Shown here piece after piece: positions 7,253 through 14,006 of a DNA stretch of 17,097 bases (within the stretch, counting starts at the first letter, position 1; the number at the start of each line of letters is the position of its first letter). The position numbers and the translations under genes are program-made. The notes beneath the pieces were generated by a model. It was not told where the DNA came from. It did no database searches and saw nothing but the letters and a program-made list of their open reading frames with translations. Source of the DNA: a virus; UHGV virus genome UHGV-1592266. The stretch is one strand, 5' to 3'.

Positions 7253-7255
7253 ATA

Positions 7256-7507
7256 TTACTCATCTCCAAGGGCTTTGCTGATTGCTGACTGTGCTTTCGA
7301 TACTTCATCAGGATAATGGTCATTCCAGTTTTGCTTGTATGCCTTGTTTAGCATCGCTTGCAGGGCTTCGAGCAAATCAGGAGCTGCCTCCATCAATCTC
7401 ACATCACCTCGATGGATGGTTGTATCGTCAAACGTGAAATAAACCCCATCATCGTTAAATCCAGCGCCAACAACATTCCATGGCCTTTTCATTCTTCCTA
7501 CTGTCAT
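7256..7507 (-). CDS. small protein resembling an Ea22 C-terminal domain (83 aa); paralogue of 6457..6735
   Basis: ATG at 7507 follows the linker GAGGTG. MEAAPDLLEALQAML and KAQSAISKALGDE match the paralogue. Confidence 0.75.
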   Translation of the reverse strand: MTVGRMKRPWNVVGAGFNDDGVYFTFDDTTIHRGDVRLMEAAPDLLEALQAMLNKAYKQNWNDHYPDEVSKAQSAISKALGDE

Positions 7508-7511
7508 TATT

Positions 7512-7557
7512 CACCTCTGTGTATTTATGCCAAAAATAAAGGCCGACTATGCGGCCT
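7512..7557 (-). repeat. copy B of the directly repeated ~45-bp linker
   Basis: See copy A. The two copies are in direct orientation, 774 bp apart. Confidence 0.9.
7528..7557 (-). terminator. intrinsic terminator (inside linker copy B)
   Basis: Same AGGCCG-CATAGT-CGGCCT hairpin plus TTATTTTTGG, 4 nt after the TAA of ORF 7562..8011. Confidence 0.7.
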
Positions 7558-7561
7558 GAAA

Positions 7562-8011
7562 TTACTTAACCAATGATGCTGCATATTCGATAAGGTAAAG
7601 CTTTGGGGCCAGCCAAATTTTTAACCAAGTCATATTGGTTACTACACCAATAATAAAAATCCCCCACAGAGTCAAAACTACAACCAATGGCATGATAAGA
7701 AGATTAATATCACCTTTGCTATCCCAAACCATTGTCGGCCTGTATTTGGGATTTCCTTTCTCCCATGAATATCCTTCATCACCGATTTTACCTGTCTCAA
7801 CTCTTTGGCACTGCTTCTTCATAAACCAGAAAACCAGTGGGATTGTTAAAATGGCCATTAATGTTTTAATCAGACTGTCAACCATATTCCATAGCAGCAA
7901 CTGATGAACAACATCAGGAATCTGTGCCTGGCTGAATGAAACAGCCGCGTCTATTCCATTACTGGCTTTTTGCAGTAGTTCTACGAGAATCTTGTTTGCT
8001 TGTTCTTCCAT
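7562..8011 (-). CDS. predicted two-pass inner-membrane protein, 149 aa, unknown function
   Basis: Internal ATG at 8011 (MEEQANKILVELLQK...) follows GAGGTTAGAT. Hydrophobic spans are LLLWNMVDSLIKTLMAILTIPLVFWFM and INLLIMPLVVVLTLWGIFIIGVV. The longer track start overlaps the upstream small ORF. Confidence 0.75.
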   Translation of the reverse strand: MEEQANKILVELLQKASNGIDAAVSFSQAQIPDVVHQLLLWNMVDSLIKTLMAILTIPLVFWFMKKQCQRVETGKIGDEGYSWEKGNPKYRPTMVWDSKGDINLLIMPLVVVLTLWGIFIIGVVTNMTWLKIWLAPKLYLIEYAASLVK

Positions 8012-8019
8012 ATCTAACC

Positions 8020-8184
8020 TCAAATAAGTGGTTTGCTGCGAAAATAAATACGTTCCCACCAAGTTCCGTATCTATCTATCCAGTTACACCAATCATCGAC
8101 ATTCCATTTTGTTGTGTCGCATTTTGGCAACTGGCATGAATATCCACCTTCTTTGTAAAGTCGGCGTTTGACTTTCTTGAGCAT
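8020..8184 (-). CDS. small Trp/Cys-rich protein, 54 aa, immediately downstream of N
   Basis: Below the track cutoff, so hand-translated. GAGGTGAGCC precedes the ATG at 8184, and that SD overlaps the N stop. Product MLKKVKRRLYKEGGYSCQLPKCDTTKWNVDDWCNWIDRYGTWWERIYFRSKPLI, TGA at 8020-8022. Confidence 0.6.
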   Translation of the reverse strand: MLKKVKRRLYKEGGYSCQLPKCDTTKWNVDDWCNWIDRYGTWWERIYFRSKPLI

Positions 8185-8192
8185 GGCTCACC

Positions 8193-8525
8193 TCAATCGT
8201 AATAAGCTGGAATTGATTTTCCGCGTTGCTTCTGGCGGCCTGAGCAAGTCACACCCATTTCACTGCGTGGCTTGCTGTACCATGTGCGCTGATTCTTGCG
8301 CTCAATACGTTGCAGGTTGCTTTCAATCTGTTCGTGGTATTCAGCTAGCACCGTAAGGTCTATAGGATTCAGTGCGCTTTCTACTCGTGATTTCGGTTTG
8401 CGATTCAGCGAGAGAATAGGGCGGTTAACTGGTTTTGCGCTTACCCCAACCAACAGGGGATTTGCTGCTTTCCATTGAGCCTGTTTCTCTGCGCGACGTT
8501 CGCGGCGGCGTGTTTGTGCATCCAT
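8193..8525 (-). CDS. N: antitermination protein N, lambda type
   Basis: MDAQTRRRERRAEKQAQWKAANPLLVGVSAKPVNRPILSLNRKPKSRVESALNPIDLTVLAEYH... matches lambda N, including the arginine-rich motif. Only the last ~25 residues differ from my memory of lambda N. Lambda-type boxB sites are present at both nut sites. Confidence 0.95.
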   Translation of the reverse strand: MDAQTRRRERRAEKQAQWKAANPLLVGVSAKPVNRPILSLNRKPKSRVESALNPIDLTVLAEYHEQIESNLQRIERKNQRTWYSKPRSEMGVTCSGRQKQRGKSIPAYYD

Positions 8526-8793
8526 CTGGATTCTCCTGTCAGTTAGCTTTGGTGGTGTGGTGGCTGGTAGTCTAGCTCCAGCTTGTTGAGTCTCATTCGG
8601 AGGGGTATAACCGGCACCCCAGCGATTTTTCCATGCGACAACGTGCGCGTTATGGCGGCCTTATCGCCCGCGGCTCCCCATCTCGTCCACGCTATTGCTA
8701 GCGTTGGGAGCGCTTCACCGCTCAACAGTAGGTAAGCACTTGCCAGTGACTAGCTGGCTTCACCACACCCCAAAGCCTTCTGCTTTGAATGCT
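8526..8793 (-). promoter_or_regulatory. N leader (5' UTR) with a long closing helix and several internal hairpins; larger than the lambda leader
   Basis: On the minus-strand RNA, GGUGUGGUG (8761-8769) pairs with CACCACACC (8554-8562), enclosing ~190 nt. Internal hairpins include ACGCUA-GCAA-UAGCGU (GNRA loop), GAGCG-GUGAAG-CGCUC, GGGGU-N9-ACCCC and GGCG-N7-CGCC. A long-range GUUGAG/CUCAAC pairing is also possible. The N SD (AGGAG) follows at 8532-8536. Confidence 0.5.
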
Positions 8794-8824
8794 GCCCTTC
8801 TTCAGGGCTTAATTTTTAAGAGCA
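8794..8824 (-). promoter_or_regulatory. nutL (boxA plus boxB)
   Basis: The minus strand reads TGCTCTTAA AAATTAA GCCCTGAAGAAGGGC. BoxB at 8794-8808 is the lambda nutL boxB. BoxA at 8816-8824 differs at its first base from the CGCTCTTA of nutR. Confidence 0.9.
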
Positions 8825-8868
8825 TCACCTTCATGGTGGTTAGCGCGTCCTGCTGATGGCTTAAAATT

Positions 8869-8936
8869 ACAAGAAAGATTGTATACTGTAAACAAGAAAT
8901 ATTGTAAAAAGAGGCGTGAAAAACAAACTCCGTTGT
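8869..8936 (-). promoter_or_regulatory. oL operators (three ACAA-N6-TTGT sites) and pL
   Basis: ACAAGAAAGATTGT at 8869-8882, ACAAGAAATATTGT at 8892-8905 and ACAAACTCCGTTGT at 8923-8936 all fit the 434 operator consensus. A candidate pL on the minus strand is TTTACA-N17-TATACA spanning the two proximal operators; the exact hexamers are uncertain. Confidence 0.75.
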
Positions 8937-8963
8937 TTTTAAACGGAAAATAGTTTGTTTTTT
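8921..8963 (-). terminator. candidate t-imm terminator ending the PRM transcript (hairpin flanked by T-runs on both strands)
   Basis: AAACAAACT (8921-8929) pairs with AGTTTGTTT (8952-8960), and inner CCGTT (8930-8934) pairs with AACGG (8942-8946). U-rich tracts follow in both directions. It lies 24 nt after the hex-locus stop and overlaps the distal oL site. Confidence 0.45.
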
Positions 8964-8986
8964 GGTTATCGAGATTGAGGTGGGGA

Positions 8987-10339
<1,353 letters not shown>

Positions 10340-10347
10340 GACATTCC

Positions 10348-10379
10348 CGCTCTTACACATCCCCGCCCTGAAAAAGGGC
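10348..10379 (+). promoter_or_regulatory. nutR (boxA CGCTCTTA, boxB GCCCTGAAAAAGGGC)
   Basis: BoxA at 10348-10355 and boxB at 10365-10379 are identical to lambda nutR. The following stretch up to the cII SD (TAAGGAAATACTTACATATG) reads like the lambda tR1 / cII leader. Confidence 0.9.
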
Positions 10380-10448
10380 ATCAAATTAAACCACACCTAT
10401 GGTGTATGCATTTATTTGCATACATTCAATCAATTGTTATCTAAGGAA

Positions 10449-10481
10449 ATACTTACATATGCAACTTACAAGTACTCGCAA
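10449..10481 (-). promoter_or_regulatory. pRE-like CII-activated promoter
   Basis: The minus strand reads TTGCGAGTACTTGT (a TTGC-N6-TTGT repeat, 10468-10481), then 13 nt, then AAGTAT (10449-10454). This is the same geometry as lambda pRE (TTGC-N6-TTGC, 13 nt, AAGTAT). Confidence 0.5.
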
Positions 10482-10737
10482 GAAAGCGAATGCAATTACA
10501 AGCAACATCCTGAATCGAATTGCTGTACGTGGTCAGCGAAAGGTTGCCGACGCGTTAGGGATTAATGAATCGCAAATTTCGCGATGGAAAGATAGCTTCA
10601 TCCCCAAAATGGGAATGCTTCTGGCTGTTCTTGAATGGGGTGTTGAAGACGAGGAGTTGGCGGAACTGGCTAAGAAAGTAGCCAGAATGCTGACAAAAGA
10701 AAAAGCCCCGAAGAACGGCGAATTCTTCGAGGCCTGA
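10459..10737 (+). CDS. cII: CII transcriptional activator
   Basis: Internal ATG at 10459 with the lambda cII SD. GINESQISRWKDSFIPKMGMLLAVLEWGV parallels lambda VDKSQISRWKRDWIPKFSMLLAVLEWGV. Confidence 0.9.
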   Translation: MQLTSTRKKANAITSNILNRIAVRGQRKVADALGINESQISRWKDSFIPKMGMLLAVLEWGVEDEELAELAKKVARMLTKEKAPKNGEFFEA

Positions 10738-10761
10738 TGTAGAAAGACTGGATCAATCCAC
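10697..10761 (-). ncRNA. oop: oop-like antisense RNA overlapping the cII 3' end
   Basis: Strong minus-strand terminator: GCCUCGAAGAA (10723-10733) pairs with UUCUUCGGGGC (10705-10715) over 11 bp including one G-U, with a 7-nt loop and then UUUUUCUUUU. The candidate 5' end GUGGAUUGAUCCAGU resembles the lambda oop 5' end GUUGAUAGAUCCAGU. Candidate pO is TGGAAT-N17-CATAAT, with the -10 at 10769-10774. Confidence 0.5.
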
Positions 10762-10771
10762 AGGAGTAATT

Positions 10772-11416
10772 ATGACATACGAAAATGACAAATTCCAGGT
10801 TCTGAAGAGCATGAAGGTGCCAGATGATTTTAAATCAAATGGCTTTGTTTATGTGCTTTCTAATGAGTGCATGCCAGGAATTTATAAGATTGGGATGACT
10901 AAGCATTCACCAGAAGTTAGGGCTAAAGAAATTTCAGCCTCTACTGGCGTTCCTAAGCCATTTAAGGTGATAGCAGCCTTTCATTCAAATAATCCCGCAT
11001 CAGATGAAAAACTCATGCATAAAGCCTTTGCAAAAGAGAGGCTTAGTGATAATCGAGAGTTTTTCAAGCTTGAAGATAATGAGCTTTCTGAATCTCTAAA
11101 TGAAATAAGGGCGCTGGTTGGCCCTGAAAGAAATGGCGAGACGGCAGAATACGCAATTTACGACTCATTCATTTCTTTTCGCCATGAAAATGAGCTTGAT
11201 CTTAATGAGGAGCTTATAGAGCAAGGTCTGGGTAGTGTAGTTGGTCATCTTCCTGCGGTGAAAAATTTCCTTATTCGCGCCGGAATTGATTACGCGAAGC
11301 AACTGATAAGCAAATATAACTCATCGATAGTTATTAATACAGATGGCAGTGTGGTGATGGTTAAGTCTCTTGAAGCCCAATGCTTTGATGCGGAGGTTGG
11401 AAATGAGCCTGGCTGA
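10772..11416 (+). CDS. T5orf172/MUG113 (GIY-YIG-superfamily-like) domain protein, 214 aa, inserted between cII and O
   Basis: AGGAG lies 5 nt before the ATG. GFVYVLSNECMPGIYKIGMTKHSPEVRAKEISASTGVPKPFKVIAAFHSNNPASDEKLMHKAFAKERLSDNREFFKL fits the T5orf172 pattern. I recognise no family for the C-terminal ~110 aa. Confidence 0.8.
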   Translation: MTYENDKFQVLKSMKVPDDFKSNGFVYVLSNECMPGIYKIGMTKHSPEVRAKEISASTGVPKPFKVIAAFHSNNPASDEKLMHKAFAKERLSDNREFFKLEDNELSESLNEIRALVGPERNGETAEYAIYDSFISFRHENELDLNEELIEQGLGSVVGHLPAVKNFLIRAGIDYAKQLISKYNSSIVINTDGSVVMVKSLEAQCFDAEVGNEPG

Positions 11417-12245
11417 AGTATTTTACCTGTCGAAGAGTGAACCTGTTGAACAGGAGCGAAGAGTGGCTGATATCGATGATGGTTACACCAGATTCGCTAA
11501 CGAGCTGCTGGAAGCTATCGCAAGTGCTGATTTAACCGCTCGCCAGTTGAAAGTTATGCTGGCCTACGTCCGGAAAACATATGGATTCAATAAGAAAACA
11601 GATCGAATAGCCGATGAGCAAATTGCTCAGTTAACAGGACTGTCAAGGCAGAATGTTAACAAGGCTAAAAAAGAACTGATTTCAATGAATTGCCTGTTTA
11701 TGGATGGAAATCAAATCGGTGTAAACAGTGAGGTATCTGCGTGGCAATTCAGCAAGTGTCTCCAAGTTAGCAACTTTGTCTCGAAGTTAGAGACAAAAAA
11801 TGTCTCCAAATTAGAGACACTCAATGTCTCGAAGTTAGAGACACACAAAAGACATTCTTTAAAGACAAAAGAAAATATTAATAAACCCCCTATATCCCCC
11901 AAAAAAGTTTCTCAGAAGTTCGACCCGCTAGAAACAGAGTTGCCTGATTGGTTATCAGCAGAAACATGGTTGTCGTGGGTTACCTATCGCAAGGAGATAG
12001 GTAAGTCGATCAAGTCTAAGCAAAGTGTCACTCAGGCTATCAACGTTCTAAGCAGAAGTCTGGAGAAGGGATATACACCTGAAGAAATTATAAACCAGAG
12101 CATCGCCAGTGGTTGGCAGGGGATTTTTGAACCCAAGACTCCAAAGGGGAAATCTCAACCGAGGCCGCAGCAGCGAGCTATGCAGGAAAACTTTGCCGCC
12201 AAAGATTACGGGCAAACTGAAATGCCTTCATGGGCGCAGGAGTGA
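11403..12245 (+). CDS. O: lambda O-type replication initiator
   Basis: ATG at 11403 follows GGAGGT. DDGYTRFANELLEAIASADLTARQLKVMLAYVRKTYGFNKKTDRIADEQIAQLTGLSRQNVNKAKKEL is the Phage_rep_O N-terminal domain pattern. The iterons lie within the gene, as in lambda. Confidence 0.9.
   Translation: MSLAEVFYLSKSEPVEQERRVADIDDGYTRFANELLEAIASADLTARQLKVMLAYVRKTYGFNKKTDRIADEQIAQLTGLSRQNVNKAKKELISMNCLFMDGNQIGVNSEVSAWQFSKCLQVSNFVSKLETKNVSKLETLNVSKLETHKRHSLKTKENINKPPISPKKVSQKFDPLETELPDWLSAETWLSWVTYRKEIGKSIKSKQSVTQAINVLSRSLEKGYTPEEIINQSIASGWQGIFEPKTPKGKSQPRPQQRAMQENFAAKDYGQTEMPSWAQE
11757..11843. repeat. replication origin iterons (four 19-bp units)
   Basis: TGTCTCCAAGTTAGCAACT (11757), TGTCTCGAAGTTAGAGACA (11777), TGTCTCCAAATTAGAGACA (11801) and TGTCTCGAAGTTAGAGACA (11825). 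Units 2-4 have inverted TGTCTC/GAGACA arms. The spacing is 20, 24 and 24 bp. Confidence 0.85.
11844..11905. other. AT-rich unwinding region of ori
   Basis: cacaaaagacattctttaaagacaaaagaaaatattaataaacc... lies directly after the iterons, the same layout as lambda ori. Confidence 0.7.
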
Positions 12246-12247
12246 AT

Positions 12248-13141
12248 ATGAATACGACAAATGGTTACAATCTGGCACTGCAAAGGCAACTTGTAGACTC
12301 AAAAATCAATGACATTTCTGATCTGAAACAGAAACTTGAGTTTAGCAAAATTGGATCAGCATCAGATGGAATGTCAGTTACCAGCACAGTGGAAGAGTGC
12401 GAGAAACACGGTAAATATACTTCCTATGAGAAATATCTGACCATCTCAGGAAAAAGAATTACTTCAAGTAAATCTGAGTGCCCACAGTGCCTTGAGGAGA
12501 AAATTCGTAAGAAAGAGATTGAACGTGAGCAGGCAGAACAAAGAGCAAGACAATCAAAAATTGAATATTTGTTGAATTCTCTCAATATTCCAGAGAGGTT
12601 CAAAAATTGCACTCTTCAGAATTATGAGCCTGTTAACGATGATGCAAAGCGAGTTCTTAAGGTATGCCAGGCATATGCCAGTAAGTGGCCTGAACGCCTT
12701 CAGAAAGGTGGCGGACTGGTCATGTGTGGTAAGCCTGGAACTGGAAAGAACCACCTTGCACTGGCTATCGCTAGGCACGCCATTATCGAGCATCAAAGCT
12801 CTGTGATATTTACCACTGCGTTGAAAATTGCCAGAGAGTACAAATCAACATGGTCTAAGGCCGCAACCAGAACTGAAGAAGAAGTCATTAGGCAATTTAC
12901 GCATCCTGACTTGTTAATAATCGATGAGGTTGGCGTGCAGTTCGGCAGTGATGCTGAAAAGCTAATCATGTTCGAAATTATCAACACCAGATATGAATAC
13001 ATGAAGCCAACAATCCTGATTAGTAATCAGAGCAAAGATGAACTTTCGGCATTCATTGGTGAGCGTGTTATTGACAGGATGAATGATGGCGGCGGATGCA
13101 CCCTTGCGTTTACATGGGATAGTTACAGGAGCAGATCGTGA
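12248..13141 (+). CDS. DnaC/IstB-like AAA+ helicase loader with an N-terminal Cys/His cluster
   Basis: ATG at 12248 follows GGAGTGAAT. Walker A is GKPGTGKNHLA and Walker B is LLIIDEVG. An IPERFKNCTLQNY motif resembles DnaC. The N-terminal CEKHGKY...CPQC may form a zinc ribbon. Confidence 0.85.
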   Translation: MNTTNGYNLALQRQLVDSKINDISDLKQKLEFSKIGSASDGMSVTSTVEECEKHGKYTSYEKYLTISGKRITSSKSECPQCLEEKIRKKEIEREQAEQRARQSKIEYLLNSLNIPERFKNCTLQNYEPVNDDAKRVLKVCQAYASKWPERLQKGGGLVMCGKPGTGKNHLALAIARHAIIEHQSSVIFTTALKIAREYKSTWSKAATRTEEEVIRQFTHPDLLIIDEVGVQFGSDAEKLIMFEIINTRYEYMKPTILISNQSKDELSAFIGERVIDRMNDGGGCTLAFTWDSYRSRS

Positions 13142-13428
13142 CTGGAAAAGAAATCATCCTGGAATATCTGAAAACTCATGAACAATTCTCCCCACATGAA
13201 TTAGCTCTGATCACCGGAATACCAAATAACAGAATCGCTCAAGCAGCAAGGCATATGGTGAAACAAGGGCATTTGAGTGTTGTTGAGCGTAAGTGGAAGA
13301 CGGTTATTTATGCGAAACGCAAAGTGAAGAAGGAGCCAATTAAAAGAAATCCAGATGGTACGGGGTGGGGATGTGCAAATCCAATGACGGCGTTTATTAA
13401 TAGGGCGCTTATGGAGGTAAGGCAATGA
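13138..13428 (+). CDS. small putative winged-helix protein, 96 aa, at the ren position
   Basis: GTG start in a GTGA overlap with the loader stop. FSPHELALITGIPNNRIAQAARHMVKQGHLSVV looks like a helix-turn-helix followed by a wing. Confidence 0.6.
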   Translation: MTGKEIILEYLKTHEQFSPHELALITGIPNNRIAQAARHMVKQGHLSVVERKWKTVIYAKRKVKKEPIKRNPDGTGWGCANPMTAFINRALMEVRQ

Positions 13429-13694
13429 ATAAAAAACAATTAGCCATTCTCGAAAAGGCATGGGATGCACAAATATCATGCGCTTTGAAAGAACAGGCAC
13501 TACCAATAATCCAGACCAAATCGAAAATAGCCAGGCAGTTATGCGATGACGGATTCCTGAACGAAGTTGAGATTACGCGCCAGATGGTAACGTTCAAAGG
13601 GTATGAGATAAATCATCATGGTATAGCGGCGTATTGCTCCCACCTTCCTGATGACGTTGACATTGATGAAATGGAAAGGGAGATGAAGCAATGA
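13425..13694 (+). CDS. hypothetical protein, 89 aa
   Basis: ATGA overlap with the upstream ORF. No family recognised. Confidence 0.6.
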   Translation: MNKKQLAILEKAWDAQISCALKEQALPIIQTKSKIARQLCDDGFLNEVEITRQMVTFKGYEINHHGIAAYCSHLPDDVDIDEMEREMKQ

Positions 13695-13719
13695 CCATCT
13701 ACATCACTGAGCTAATAAC

Positions 13720-13750
13720 AGGCCTGCTGGTAATCGCAGGCCTTTTTATT
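13720..13750 (+). terminator. lambda tR2-like intrinsic terminator
   Basis: AGGCCTGC-TGGTAATC-GCAGGCCT followed by TTTTTATTT. The sequence, including the flanking GGGGGAGAGGGAA, matches lambda tR2 as I remember it. Confidence 0.85.
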
Positions 13751-13780
13751 TGGGGGAGAGGGAATTGGAGGCTTTAAGAA

Positions 13781-13996
13781 ATGAGTACGATAGCTGAGCT
13801 TGTCAGGGCTAATTTTCGTGAAGAGTTGGTGCGTTGGTATCGGTATCGTTCATCGTCCAGTTTGCCGATTGATGAGTTGTATGAGCATTCACCTGCTGCA
13901 CGACGCTATCCGCGTGACCGTGTTCTTCGACGGTTGTCCAAACTCAACAATGAGTTTCAGCGCAACAGAATTATTCGGAGTCTGGATTTAAAGTAA
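13781..13996 (+). CDS. small basic protein, 71 aa, unknown
   Basis: GGAGG lies 9 nt before the ATG. The product is Arg-rich (MSTIAELVRANFREELVRWYRYRSSSS...). It sits between tR2 and ninB, which are adjacent in lambda. Confidence 0.55.
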   Translation: MSTIAELVRANFREELVRWYRYRSSSSLPIDELYEHSPAARRYPRDRVLRRLSKLNNEFQRNRIIRSLDLK

Positions 13997-14006
13997 AGGA
14001 GTGAGC

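Noticed and set aside
8012-8062. Longer start for the membrane protein (MVGTYLFSQQTTYLRLD...)
   Set aside because: It overlaps the 3' end of the better-supported 54-codon ORF and has no SD. The ATG at 8011 follows GAGGTTAGAT.
8543-8725. 60-aa minus-strand ORF inside the N leader
   Set aside because: It has no SD and lies inside a region with dense RNA secondary structure between nutL and the N SD. The composition (Ala/Gly/Pro/Leu-rich) looks like a by-product of the high GC content. I treat it as non-coding, but the leader itself is reported as a finding.
11757-11843. Short tandem repeats that could be mistaken for a CRISPR array
   Set aside because: There are only four 19-bp units, separated by 1-5 nt. 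They are internally palindromic, lie inside the O reading frame and are followed by an AT-rich block. These are replication iterons, not CRISPR repeats.
13800-13991. 63-aa alternative-frame ORF overlapping 13781..13996
   Set aside because: It has a non-ATG start without an SD and a Cys/hydrophobic-rich nonsense-like composition. The 71-aa frame has an ATG with GGAGG upstream.
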